This document shows, piece after piece, positions 50,051 through 61,949 of a stretch of 64,000 bases of DNA. The position numbers and the translations under genes are program-made. The stretch lies in the IMG/VR virus record IMGVR_UViG_3300033153_007754, positions 89,501 to 153,500 of that record; one strand, 5' to 3'. How positions within the stretch are numbered: position 1 is the first letter of the stretch; each line of letters begins with the position of its first letter. Below the pieces are notes generated by a model, which saw only the letters and a list, made by a program, of their open reading frames with translations, did not search any database and was not told the DNA's origin. The DNA is from a virus.

Positions 50051-51238
50051 TCATTTTCCATTTTGGTTAACCTCACCGACCGTATAAAACCTACTATTAC
50101 CAAATGTCACTTTATAACCATCACCAAGACGATATAACTCACTCTTAACCACCACACCATTGACTTTAACACCATTATTATATAACATACGACTTAATTC
50201 AGCCTGTGAAGTAACTTTTAAAATATCAATCAAAAATTCCTTAAGTGTTATCTTTTTATTTTCACTCAATATTTCCTGAAAAGTTTTTTTTGAATTCGGT
50301 TTTTTTCTATAATGATTAATTATAATATTCTCTTTTCTTTCTTGCTGTATTGCAATTTTCTTATGTCTATATATTTCTTTCAAACCCATGTCAAGCTTTT
50401 TATAGTTATTAGCATAATGCATTATTTCTTCATAGTAATAATTTTCTTTGAATTCGGAAATTCTTTTACTTATTTTTCTTACATCACCCTCTATTTCCCT
50501 TAATGAATTTAATATCATTTCTAATTCCATAAAACTATATAAATAATCATTCATTCTTAACTGTTTTACTGTTGTTTTTCTAATATCAATCATTGTGGAA
50601 ATACTATCAATTAATCCTTCCATGCCTTTTACTTCATTTTCTATTGAATTTGGTGTTATTATTATCTGTTTAAATCTATGTAAAAGTTCATTTCTTTGTA
50701 TATTAAATTTTTTAAGTATTCTTTTTAACCTCAAATCATTTTTGAATTTATCCTCAATGCCATTTTTATACCCAGTTATTTCTTTCAACTTTTCAATATT
50801 ATACATACACATATTAATTAAATCAGTGGAATTGTATTTTTTATTACTAAATATGTTTTCCGCTAAGTTTCTTATTAAAAACACATATGTCATCCAGTCA
50901 TCACTGCTTTTTGTTCTTGATTTATATACTTTTTCTATCAAAGACATTTTATCTTTTAATGAATTATACCTGTGATATAATTGGAAATAAAAATCATTTT
51001 GAATAATGAAATAAACCTCTTTTTTTAAGTTTGAATACCCATCCATATCACCATTACAGATATCACAAACCCACTTACTTAATTCAAATGGGTATTTATG
51101 TTTTTGTATTTCGAGAATAAGCTGTTTTATTAAATTCTTCCAGAATGGTGAACCATTTTTTTTGGTTGCCATAATACCCAATACACGGTTTGTTATAAGA
51201 TTTTGTCCTTGCTTGATGTGTATTTCTTTACTAAACAT
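50051..51238 (-). CDS. Helical protein with a C-terminal S4-like RNA-binding domain; paralog of 51300..52247
   Basis: LKEFLIDILKVTSQAELSRMLYNNGVKVNGVVV...VTFGNSRFYTV. Confidence 0.6.
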   Translation of the reverse strand: MFSKEIHIKQGQNLITNRVLGIMATKKNGSPFWKNLIKQLILEIQKHKYPFELSKWVCDICNGDMDGYSNLKKEVYFIIQNDFYFQLYHRYNSLKDKMSLIEKVYKSRTKSSDDWMTYVFLIRNLAENIFSNKKYNSTDLINMCMYNIEKLKEITGYKNGIEDKFKNDLRLKRILKKFNIQRNELLHRFKQIIITPNSIENEVKGMEGLIDSISTMIDIRKTTVKQLRMNDYLYSFMELEMILNSLREIEGDVRKISKRISEFKENYYYEEIMHYANNYKKLDMGLKEIYRHKKIAIQQERKENIIINHYRKKPNSKKTFQEILSENKKITLKEFLIDILKVTSQAELSRMLYNNGVKVNGVVVKSELYRLGDGYKVTFGNSRFYTVGEVNQNGK

Positions 51239-51299
51239 TTAGATACTCCATGATTTACACCAAAATTGGTATATGTTATTATAATATAATTTAATTATT

Positions 51300-52247
51300 T
51301 TAGGAATTTTCTTTTAATATTTCCTGAAAAGTTTTTTTTGTGTTTTTATTTTTTCTGTAATATTGAATGATTATTTTTTCCTTTTTAACTTCTTCTTTTG
51401 CAATTTTTTTAATTTGATATAATTTATTAATAATTCTATTATAATATTTAATAGTTTTAATTTGTTTAATAAAAACATCATAGTCGAATTCTTTTTTAAA
51501 ACGCTCAAAACTAAGCATTGATGTTTGAATGGCTTTTAATTTGTTTTCCAATGTTTTAGTACCACGTATTATGTGATTCCTTACACCTCTAATTAATGTA
51601 ATTTCATTACTTAATAAATCAATTATAGTATGAAAAATACCACCAACATCATTAAATAATTCATACACGTTTTCTTTGGGTAAATCTATTTTTTTTAATA
51701 AGTGTAATACATCATTTCGGCCTTTATTAGCAGATTTTAAAGCACCTCTATTTTGATGGAAATAATCCCCAATATTACTATTAAAACCATCAAATAAATT
51801 GTGGTAATCATCTGTAAAATATAGTTCATAATCAACACCAGAAGTAGTGAAACCATTATAAATCCCTTCAGCCAACCGTGTATATATTTTAAATAAACTA
51901 TAAGTTGATGAATAAATCATACTTGAATTAGATATTGACGAAATATGGCTTACTAAATCAATCTTTTCTTTTAATTCAAGTTCTTTATATTTTAAATTAA
52001 AAAAGAAACTATTTTTTATTTCTGATATTATTTTATCTGTTTCATATTTATCTAAAGACATTACCCATTTACTACAATCATAAGTGTATTTATGTTCAAC
52101 GATTATATCCATCAAATCTAATAAATATGTTCGCCAATTATTTACACCACTTTCTTTGATTTCTTCTATTGCATTAATTTCATTCCAAAACATTTTTTTA
52201 AATGCTTCAATTTCTAAATCTTTCTCACTTCTCTTTACATTACACAT
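51300..52247 (-). CDS. Helical protein, paralog of 50051..51238 lacking the S4 domain
   Basis: Shared HKYxxxxSKWV and KKTFQEILxEN. Confidence 0.6.
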   Translation of the reverse strand: MCNVKRSEKDLEIEAFKKMFWNEINAIEEIKESGVNNWRTYLLDLMDIIVEHKYTYDCSKWVMSLDKYETDKIISEIKNSFFFNLKYKELELKEKIDLVSHISSISNSSMIYSSTYSLFKIYTRLAEGIYNGFTTSGVDYELYFTDDYHNLFDGFNSNIGDYFHQNRGALKSANKGRNDVLHLLKKIDLPKENVYELFNDVGGIFHTIIDLLSNEITLIRGVRNHIIRGTKTLENKLKAIQTSMLSFERFKKEFDYDVFIKQIKTIKYYNRIINKLYQIKKIAKEEVKKEKIIIQYYRKNKNTKKTFQEILKENS

Positions 52248-52340
52248 TTTATCCCCTATCTACATATACCAAAATTGGCACATATAGATTTTAGCATACA
52301 TATTTAAATAGTGCAATATTTTTTTTATTATGTGTTTTTT

Positions 52341-54560
52341 TTAAGATATCATAGTAGAAGATAATTTTTCAATAAATCCGTTTACGTCTTCCTGATTAAT
52401 TACTTTTAATTCTTTTACATCCTTATAATCAATTTCCTGATTTGAAAACAATATAGTATTCTTAAAATCATGTAAATATTCAATGTAAGACACGAAAGCA
52501 TCAAAAACGGTTACTGCATCACTTCTTAACGTTTCAGGCTTTAGAATGGATTCCAAGCTGTATTTTTCAATCATTTCAGCCATGCCATACAAAATAAAAG
52601 TATCATTATATTTAAAAACTGAATTATCACTTAAATCAAATAAATAATCAAACCCTGTTTGTGAAGCTATCACACCATCAAACCAATTTTCACTTGTGTA
52701 AAACTCCATGAAATCAGTATCGAAATTGTTTGTTATGTCTTTAATAAAATCATCCATTTTTATTTTATAAAATAACACAAGATTATCTAACATTTCATTT
52801 ATTTTGTATTTTAATATATAAGTATTTTTTTGTGTAAATGGTGTGATTGCATTATAAATAATATCCAACAATGTAAAACTATCACTAGATACCCATTTCC
52901 AAAATTTATTATTAGAATCACTTGCGTCTGGTGTATTCCCTGTGTTACTATCTTGTAAACTAAAAAAGATGTTATCGCCATCAGAAATTATATCATTTTC
53001 TGAATAAGTTGTTCCTGCATTATATATATTAAATTGGTATATAAAATCATTCAATGTTGTGTTCTTATAATTAGCTTTAATAAATGTTAAGATATTCATT
53101 TTTGTATCACCAGATTCAAATGCAGCAAACAATAAATTTAAATCTTTTTGTATATTTATATTATCATAATTATCATTTTTAGATGTCAAAAAGTTTTCAA
53201 ACATTGTTTCATTTGTTATTACATCATGATTATAATATTCTTTTATATCAGTTACATCAAAGATAGGAACTAACCCACCATTATATAAATTCTCTATATC
53301 ATATTTATTTTTATATTCAAACCTTGCAGAATTAATTAAAAAGGGTATATATTCAAAAGAACCATCAACACTATCAGTATTAACTTGTGTTGTTATTGCT
53401 GTTATTTCATCATCAGTTAAAATATCATTTTTATTATACAAAGATTGATTTAATTTACTTAATTCGATTTTTTCATTTTGTGTGTTAAAAAATGGTAATT
53501 TAAATAAATATGTGCCAATTTCAAACATTTTATCATAATAATTTTCTTTATAAGAACATCTTAAGAATAAATCAATGGCTGGTTCATACCAATCTTCAGT
53601 ATATACTTTACTAAAATTCACAATATTTTCAATATAACTAAAATGTGGTAATTCGATTTTATTAGTATAACTAGTAGTATCAATATATTCTATTGTTTCA
53701 TCAAAATATAAGCTGGAATATAATTTTTCTTTTAACCCTTTAAAATATCCACCTAAGAAAAGAAATTGTTCTAGTAAATATATGATATCATAACTCCAAT
53801 TAATATGTAATATATTTGGTAAATAAATATCTGGTGTATTATATGTGTCATAACCTAATAAAGATGCAATTTCCTTATCACTTTCTGTTTGCAAATAACC
53901 AAAAGAATATGGTGTTGTAGAATCATTAAAGTATTTCGTAGTATCCAGTTTTAAATCTGTCAATGTTGCATACGTTAAATTAACGCCTGTAACGTCTAAT
54001 TGGTATACTGTATAATCTGTGTCATAATTTAAAATTTCGGTTGCTGGAGCAAGGTTTAAGGCTACTTTTTTAACAAAAAGAACGTTTAGTATAGATACGG
54101 ATGGGATAGAATATATCAACAATTCTGATTTATTTGGTAACTTCTCTGTTGTAGATACACTAATTATATAATTATCATCACCTAAATCATGTATTGTTTC
54201 TATTGTTAAGTTAAAATTAATCGTTTTATATGTTAAAACTAAAACATCTGTTACGGCAAGAATTAAAGAAGTGTTAATTTTAAAAGCATATAAATTATTA
54301 TTTATGGTAAAGTGATGGTTATCACCTAATCCAAAATTGTAGCCAATCTCATTAATTGTATAATTACTTGTTGGGATTGGGAAAATGTTTTGATAAATAG
54401 TAGCCAATAAAGAATTATTGTTTGTGTTGGAAATAATATCACTAAAATTTGCGAATATAGTATTATAATCAGTAACACCCAACCCATCTTTAAATTTATG
54501 ATATATTGTACTTAAATAAATTGTATTAAGTAAATTATATAACTTTTTATTTTTTAACAT
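52341..54560 (-). CDS. Probable virion/baseplate protein with a small CBM5/12-like module
   Basis: 739 aa, ATAAATA upstream; YNAGTTYSENDII...FFSLQDSNTGNTP...FWKW. Confidence 0.5.
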   Translation of the reverse strand: MLKNKKLYNLLNTIYLSTIYHKFKDGLGVTDYNTIFANFSDIISNTNNNSLLATIYQNIFPIPTSNYTINEIGYNFGLGDNHHFTINNNLYAFKINTSLILAVTDVLVLTYKTINFNLTIETIHDLGDDNYIISVSTTEKLPNKSELLIYSIPSVSILNVLFVKKVALNLAPATEILNYDTDYTVYQLDVTGVNLTYATLTDLKLDTTKYFNDSTTPYSFGYLQTESDKEIASLLGYDTYNTPDIYLPNILHINWSYDIIYLLEQFLFLGGYFKGLKEKLYSSLYFDETIEYIDTTSYTNKIELPHFSYIENIVNFSKVYTEDWYEPAIDLFLRCSYKENYYDKMFEIGTYLFKLPFFNTQNEKIELSKLNQSLYNKNDILTDDEITAITTQVNTDSVDGSFEYIPFLINSARFEYKNKYDIENLYNGGLVPIFDVTDIKEYYNHDVITNETMFENFLTSKNDNYDNINIQKDLNLLFAAFESGDTKMNILTFIKANYKNTTLNDFIYQFNIYNAGTTYSENDIISDGDNIFFSLQDSNTGNTPDASDSNNKFWKWVSSDSFTLLDIIYNAITPFTQKNTYILKYKINEMLDNLVLFYKIKMDDFIKDITNNFDTDFMEFYTSENWFDGVIASQTGFDYLFDLSDNSVFKYNDTFILYGMAEMIEKYSLESILKPETLRSDAVTVFDAFVSYIEYLHDFKNTILFSNQEIDYKDVKELKVINQEDVNGFIEKLSSTMIS

Positions 54561-54625
54561 TTTTTTTACCCTATTAACTATATATAATATATTTATTTGA
54601 TTGTTTTTTTTAGATATGGTTACAA

Positions 54626-55372
54626 TTATATTTGATTTTGTAAAATTTCCATAGGATATTCATCAAAAATTTCTCCTTTTAATTCTCTTCCATTCTTTTT
54701 TTTACTTCTTCTAACTCCATCAGCACCCCATGTACCCCATTGTTTAAAGAAAAATGCTACATCTTGTTTTTTGCATTGATTCTTTATATTTATTACCCAT
54801 TCTTCTTTCATTGAACGAGCTTTAACACCACTTTCTCCACCAACAATTACCCAATGAATACCAGATAAATCTAACACTCCTAAATCCTCTAATAGTGGTT
54901 CTATTGATAGAAATTTTATTCTAGCATTAATATTTCTTAAATAATCAATTCTTGACTTTACGGATTTATCTTCAACTGTAACACCCAACCAAATATTATC
55001 AGATAATTCTTTATCCTTCAGATAGTCATTCATAATCTTTTCTCTTTTGGTTAACAGCTGATAAGTATGTTGAGGAGTATCTTTAATTATTTTAAAAATT
55101 TCATCTAAATATGAATAAGGCATCTCTTCATGAAAAATATCACTCATAGAATTCACAAAAAATTTAGTAGGTTTTTTTACATTTAAAGGCTGAGTAAGCC
55201 TTTCTTTCATTAATGTAAATTTAAAATTATTTTCATAACCTTTTATATTCATTGCTTTTAAACGATGTGCCATTGCTTTTGCATAACAATTTTTACATCC
55301 AGAACTAATTTGAGAACAACCAACAGAAGGATTCCAAGTTGCTTCAGTCCATTCTATTTTAGTTTTTTTCAT
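54626..55372 (-). CDS. DUF5131 (phage Gp37/Gp68) family protein
   Basis: TKIEWTEATWNP, GCSQISSGCKNCYA, FVNSMSDIFHE, SIEPLL, WVIVGGESG, FFFKQWG. Confidence 0.9.
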   Translation of the reverse strand: MKKTKIEWTEATWNPSVGCSQISSGCKNCYAKAMAHRLKAMNIKGYENNFKFTLMKERLTQPLNVKKPTKFFVNSMSDIFHEEMPYSYLDEIFKIIKDTPQHTYQLLTKREKIMNDYLKDKELSDNIWLGVTVEDKSVKSRIDYLRNINARIKFLSIEPLLEDLGVLDLSGIHWVIVGGESGVKARSMKEEWVINIKNQCKKQDVAFFFKQWGTWGADGVRRSKKKNGRELKGEIFDEYPMEILQNQI

Positions 55373-55395
55373 GATTCCTCCATTTGAATTTTATA

Positions 55396-57900
55396 CTATT
55401 TAGAAATGAAATGTTTACAAGGTGTGTCAATCCTTTCCATTTCTAAAAATCTATTATTAATTACCCTGTTTTTTCTTTCCCTTCCGCAATAAAATATGTT
55501 TGAACCATCACGAAAAACAACCATTCTAATATATTTGCATTGTTTACATTTTTTATCATACACAATATTAAGCATTTCTTTCATTATCATATTACCCAAC
55601 TATTTAACAATAAACAATTCTATTTTCACTATTGTTTTGGATTAGTTTATCAAACAGTTTCACAACACAGTTTGCATCAAAAATACTATTTAAACTAGCC
55701 TTTACTAAAAAAAGAAAGTGTGTGTTATCTTCATCAAAATTACTACCAAATATCTTTTCTAAATCTACTGTATTATTTATAATAATATCTTTTGCCCTAT
55801 CATGCAAGACTTTGTTTGCATTTAGAACACAAAAACCTTCCTTGAAATATGTATCATAATAATATTTCGCTATTTCTTCTTCATTCATAAGTTCTTTACT
55901 TGCTTTATTAACTACTTCTATTAATTCATTACCCATTATCTTACCCCTTAATCCAAATAATATACAGTTTTTTTTGGACGCTTTCTTTCAATTCTCAAAT
56001 CCCCAATATGTTCAATAGCTTCATTATCCGTTGAAAATACCTTGGGTTTATAGTGGAAATCGTAACCATATACTTTAGTATAATCTTTAATATACACCCA
56101 AAAGAATAGTAAAAATCTTTCCTGAATCATCCATTTATCTATGCTACCTTTGCTTTCGCAAATTAATTTGAATTTACCCATTATATCAAAAAAAACAATG
56201 TCATTTCTTCACAATCAGTGATAAAATGTATTCGTCTATAAGCATCCTGAGAATAATACCCATCTGCATCTAAAGAAAAACCGGCAGCTTTTAAATACAA
56301 GTCTGCTTTATGTTCAGATAGGCTAAATTCAAAATTATCTATTTTTCTGTCAATTATTTTTTTTAATGCTTTTAAAAATAAATGATAAATTCTTTCTTCT
56401 ATTTTATCCATTTCCTTAGTTATTTTATCCATTGTATTATCCTTGTAAATGTTTATTCACTGCGAAAATTATAGTTACTATTAATAATAAAATTGGAAAA
56501 GATAGGAATTTAAGCTCCCAGTAATTACCCATATTGTCACGCATCATTTTATCGAAGTTATTACTTTTTTTGCTTTTTTTTCTTGGAGCATTTCCATCAC
56601 CATCTTTTTTGATTAATTTCATTATATCACCTATTATATTTATGCCAATTTATCATTAAAAACATCTTGTAAAGCATCGTTAATTTTTGTATGTAATACC
56701 TTATTTTCTAATATAGTACCATTTAATTGTTTAGCAAAAACTTCTGTATAAGCAGCAATAGATTCTCTAATAAGACGGAAATCTTTTTCTAAAGAATCAA
56801 TACCAACCTTAATACACACACCTATGTATAGAAACCCATTTTCTTTAAAAAAAGCATTTTTTTGCCATTTTTCATTTGATGGTGTACGGTAAATATCGTC
56901 TATCCTAATATCACATTCTAATTCATTAAATTTATTTTCATATAATTCTTGAGATTCAACATTAGTTGTATCTAACACAGTTTGTTGGATATTATATCTA
57001 ATTGTATTGGGTGAATATACACCCATCGTAAAATAAATATCCAACTTCTTAACACCATTTACAGTATCAACATAAGTGTTTGTAATACACCATTTTGTTT
57101 TTTCGTTTGGTATTTTTTGAATTTCTTTTTTTTCACCAAACAACCTACTTAAAAAATTACCTCTTTTCATTATCTTACCTCTTTACAAAATTTATCTGGA
57201 ATAATCCAATAACCATTAACTGTAAATTTATTCATTTCTAGTAAACGTTTTCTTATTTTTAAACGTGCTACTCTCCATCTTCCATCATCATAAGTTATTT
57301 TATACTTTCTTCTACTTAGTGTTGCAACTGTTACATGTCCACCATCATCAACTAAAAAATCATCTCCATAAAATATCATTTCGCCTAATTTTATATCCAT
57401 TTTATTTTTATTGAACCTCTCAACATCGCATTCAGAAGTACCCTTAATTATTTTCATGTTTTCATGAAAATCATTATAATCTAATGTTTCCAACCACTCT
57501 TTTAAACCTTCAAAATCAATAACTCTTTTCATTTTATTCCCCTCTATTATTACAAACAATTTCATTTAAAAATACATTAATTGTATGCCCTTCAATACCT
57601 AACCCATTAACCCTATTAATTATGTCATACCCATTATATGCAACATTATGTTCTATTTCTTCTTTAATTTCATTAAGCAATGTATCAGTTACAATCATAT
57701 CAGGCTTTATTTTATTAATTTCTAAAACCATATCATCCAATTCAGAAGATGGGTATAAATGTATTATTTCACAACCTGTATGTTCGTCCATTACATCAAG
57801 AAAGTCTTCAAATTCTCTTTTTAAAGCATTGATAAATACTAATTTTTTATGTTTCATTTTATTCTCATTCATAATCATTAACAAAATTTTCTTCAAAAAG
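55396..57900 (-). CDS. Run of eight small hypothetical genes (55396..55599 Cys-rich, 55604..55936, 55948..56181, 56181..56432, 56437..56622 TM, 56640..57170, 57170..57565, 57534..57923)
   Basis: Tightly packed co-directional ORFs; no family recognised. Confidence 0.5.
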
Positions 57901-59032
57901 CTTAACGACATTTTTCGTATCAACTTTCTTTTTCATCAATTTTTCAACTTTTTTCACTACATCTTTCATTTCAATAATATCAACTAATTGTTCACCTAAA
58001 TCATCTAATATTTCATATTTTAAATCGGATTCAATATCTACATCACTTAGTTCATGACAACCCCACGTTATATAACGTTTTGCTAATGCCATGTCACTGG
58101 GTATCACCACCTTTTTAAGTAATTCTGATACATTAATCACTTTATCAACTTTACTAGTGTTCATCCCATTATGTTCAAGAAAAATATCACCAAAAATATC
58201 CATGAAATTTTCATTATTAAGTTGGATTGTTACACCATCATTTTTTTTAAGTGTGTGTGTACCTGTTTTTGATTCTTCAATTCCATAAAATTTAGCAAGT
58301 TCTAATGCTCTCTCATTGATTGCCTTTATATTCTCTTTATTCATCATATTCTCTTTCTACATTTTTATTAAATAATTCAAGTACCTTTTTTGTATCTATC
58401 TTGGATTTAATAAATGATTCAACCTCTTTTATAACCTCTGGTATATCATTGAAATCACTAAAAAATTCATCCATCAAACTATCTTCTATATCCTCGATGT
58501 GTATATTATCGAAACCAATATCTATATAAATTTGTGCAAACTCCATTTCTGTTGGTATTTTAACCCTATTAAGTAATTCATATAAATCAATTGTTTTTTT
58601 AGGTCTTACCATGGTTGAATTAACTAAAGATTTAACTTCTTTAAGTTTAATATCCTTTTCAACATTTTCTATAAAAGAATCCATTTCATCTAAAACATTT
58701 ATTAGAAAATGTTGTTTTCCACGAACCAAAACTTCAGTTGCATCTTTATTTTTATATTTACCACAAATCAAATCATTAGTGTCATTCAGAAAAATTGAAC
58801 TATATGCTTCTAAATTTATTATTATGTGATTTTCCTTAACAAAATAATAAAAACCTTGTAGTAGTTCTGATATTGCTTTAATTTCAACTGCATTATCAAA
58901 ATCACTTCTATCAAAAAGTATTTTAGTTTTCCCATCTTTTAATCCAACCAAATCGGTGTTATGATTGATTTTTATAATTCTATATGTATCTATTCTAACA
59001 CCTTTGTGAAATATTGGTTTAATTATATTCAT
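57865..59032 (-). CDS. Two genes (57865..58347, 58337..59032) sharing a C-terminal domain
   Basis: ELLKKVVIPSDMALAKRYI...KVDTKNVVKLF vs ELLNRVKIPTEMEFAQIYI...KIDTKKVLELF. Confidence 0.6.
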
Positions 59033-59043
59033 TTTATCTCCTA

Positions 59044-59586
59044 TTATGCATTTTTATTAAATAATTCCACTATTTTAGAATTAAGTAATAATTCAATAAA
59101 AACATTTGATTCACTACCAAACTTAAATTTAATGTAATCAGCCATAGATTGACTATAGCCGAAATCAATATATGTGTTTCTTAAATGTCTCTCAAATCTA
59201 TCTATATCAAATACATATACACCTGTTTCATGAGTTTCTTCAACATCTAAAAAAATATCGTTAAGACCAAATATTTCTTTAAATTTCATAAAAATATCTA
59301 ATAATGTTAAACATCCATCCCCAATTATAAAACCACATGGGTTTGACTTATTTTTAATTTGGGTTTCATATTTGTCTATAACCTTAAGGTGTAACTCACA
59401 ATTTCTTGGTAATGTGTATGCACTATGGTCATTCCAATCTCTACCAACTAATTTTAATTCAAAAAAACTATTCGGGTGAAGCCATTGACCCAAGTCTTTA
59501 ATGTCTTTCATAACACGGCTGTGTTCCTTATTGAATTTATTCGATATTTCAATACTGGTTACATAACCCTTTTGCCCTTTTGTCAT
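59044..59586 (-). CDS. Protein with a partial Rha-like N-terminus
   Basis: VTSIEISNKFNKEHSRVMKDIKDL. Confidence 0.6.
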   Translation of the reverse strand: MTKGQKGYVTSIEISNKFNKEHSRVMKDIKDLGQWLHPNSFFELKLVGRDWNDHSAYTLPRNCELHLKVIDKYETQIKNKSNPCGFIIGDGCLTLLDIFMKFKEIFGLNDIFLDVEETHETGVYVFDIDRFERHLRNTYIDFGYSQSMADYIKFKFGSESNVFIELLLNSKIVELFNKNA

Positions 59587-59684
59587 ACACCCTCACTTAA
59601 AAAAAACTGGAATATCAATCTGATTATCCAATAAAACATTATACTATTTTTAAGAAGTTTTTACAAGAATTAAATTGTGAAAAT

Positions 59685-60441
59685 TTAGTTATTAATCAGT
59701 TCCAGATAAGATATCATTTTATTTCTTAATATTGTGAAAACATCATCAGAATTTAAATCAATTTTGGGTATAACCCTTTTAATTAAATAACTTTCAACAT
59801 CAACATATATATCCGATAACTTTTCATCATGCTGCCTTACCATTTCCCTTATTGATATAGAAGTTCTTTTATCATTAAAATGTTTTCTAGCATTTCTTTT
59901 ACTGGTCATACCCAATATGTTTTTATTCAATTCATTCATTAACCACTGATAGATTGACACATCCCTACCATATAAGCGACCAACACATTTATCCATTTGA
60001 TGGGTAATTAAAGTATCAGTCATCATTTTAGTTAAATCTATAGTTGTCTGGTACTTTTCAATATTTGAAATATATTCCGCCATTTTTCTAAAGGCTGATA
60101 TATACCATTCTTTAATTTCCATAACATCTTTACCTGTGAAACCCATAGCCAACATCATGAAACCATCAAATGATAGAATATACATATTAAGTGATTTATT
60201 CTGTTTTGTCAAGTACTTAGAGCGCTCAAAATTGATGTTGCCAAATTCCGTACTAACCTTTTTTAAAATGTTTTTAATATCTCTAATAACATTCTTATGC
60301 TCTTTATTGAATTTTTCAGCTATCGCCAAACTGGTTGTGGTAGATTGCATTCGTTCCATTATTTCAGAAATATCTAAACCTTTAAGTCTTGGTTTTGATG
60401 GCTTCAACGTTGTTCTGGAACTAGTTGTTTCTTTTGTCATA
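59685..60441 (-). CDS. rha: Rha-family phage regulatory protein
   Basis: TTSLAIAEKFNKEHKNVIRDI, YILSFDGFMMLAMGFTG, YISAFRKM; start placed at the ATG after GAGGT. Confidence 0.85.
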
Positions 60442-60557
60442 TTTACCTCACATATAAAGCAGATAACCAAATCAATTACCCTTAAGAGATAATATCATTT
60501 TTCATAACATATTGCAAATTCTACATTAATATAATAAAAAAGAGATTTACTGTGTGT

Positions 60558-60602
60558 GGTTTTACCGTAGATGGAAAAACCACCTATGGTAAAACCGTCT
60601 AT
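60558..60602. repeat. Three 15-bp iteron-like repeats with dyad symmetry
   Basis: ggttttaccgtagat / ggaaaaaccacctat / ggtaaaaccgtctat. Confidence 0.85.
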
Positions 60603-60862
60603 GGGATAATTTTAATAATATTTATTTCTACTTTATTATTCATATAATTAATAACTAAATTAATATTTATTTCACCTAAATAATATGTTCGATTTTGATA
60701 AAAACCATCAAACCCACTTGTATTATATTCAATATTATTCTTATATAATATTTCTTCTACTTGTATATGTATAGGGGTTTTACTAAAATTATTAACCTTT
60801 TTTATCAATTTTGATATATCTAATGCAGTATGTAATTTAAATTTATTAATTATCTCACTCAT
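60599..60862 (-). CDS. Hypothetical protein
   Basis: AGGTGG RBS; 87 aa; very AT-rich. Confidence 0.5.
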   Translation of the reverse strand: MSEIINKFKLHTALDISKLIKKVNNFSKTPIHIQVEEILYKNNIEYNTSGFDGFYQNRTYYLGEININLVINYMNNKVEINIIKIIP

Positions 60863-60921
60863 TTATTCCACCTAAAAAAATTACATTATTATATCATTAT
60901 CCATATAATTTATAAAATAGT

Positions 60922-60996
60922 ATATTCTCCATTGATGGTTTTACCGTGGGTGGTTTTTCCACCTATGGTAAAACCATTTACAGAAAACCTACCAAC
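60922..60996. repeat. 15-bp iteron-like repeats with dyad symmetry
   Basis: ggttttaccgtgggt / ggtttttccacctat / ggtaaaaccatttac plus degenerate flanking units. Confidence 0.85.
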
Positions 60997-61074
60997 CATA
61001 AATAAGTTTAACTTTTTTAGAAATATTTATTTTTTTCTTGATTAAATAAGTAAAATCTGTTATTTTGTTTCTAT

Positions 61075-61640
61075 TATTGGTTGCACGGGATGTTATCCTG
61101 TGATATTGAAGCTCTTTAAGGGTGTGTGAACATACAAAGAAATGCAACCAACACACATACCCTTAATACCCATATTGTGGTGATATGGGATGCAAATTAA
61201 GACATAACATGTAAACAAGCTTAAACCCTCTATTATAAAGGTTTTGTTTGAATGTAACTTCCCCATAAAAGTTACAATTTTACTGTTTGGTGAACATAAG
61301 CAACTTACCTATAAACAGTAGAATAAAACAGGATGAAGTGATTACGTTTAAATATTTTATACCCGTGTAGTGTGAAAGATGCGTGACATATTGTATACAT
61401 GGCAATATGACTTGGTTATACAAGACTCTGTATTCATAGCTACACCATACCAAGATAAAATAAGCAATTATTTTTCCACGTAATCTTCAATAATATTTTT
61501 TAAGATGAATTCTTTAAATCGTTAGATATATGTTTAAAAAATATGAAATTTCTTTCCCTCAATTAATTAAAACTACCATAACTGGTTAAAGTTACATTTA
61601 TGTATCTACCAGAAAGGGGGGTATAAAGAACCGTCCAGTA
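61075..61640 (+). ncRNA. Candidate large structured non-coding RNA (about 560 nt)
   Basis: No ORF; TTGATT-17 nt-TATTTT promoter at 61038-61066; about ten stems found by eye, with G-U pairs on the plus strand. Confidence 0.55.
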
Positions 61641-61940
61641 TTACTATAATAGTATATATAAATACTACTATATAGTATCATTGTATAATATTATTATAAG
61701 TATTACTTAAATATCACTTTTAAATAAACTAATTTAAAAAAATAATAAATTTATATATATAAAAAAAGTTAATAAATTAAAAAACAATAAAAAATAAAAT
61801 AAAATTATTATTATTAAGATATTTCAAAAATAAAGATGTACTCAATCGTCCATCTTATATTTTCATAATATCTATAGAAAGTATATTACTTTTAGTTTTA
61901 CTTATAATATTATTATATATAATATATATAGTAATTAGGA
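61640..61940. other. Extremely AT-rich tract (candidate DNA-unwinding element)
   Basis: Long runs of almost pure A/T, no ORF, at the coding-strand switch. Confidence 0.45.
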
Positions 61941-61949
61941 GTTAAAAAA

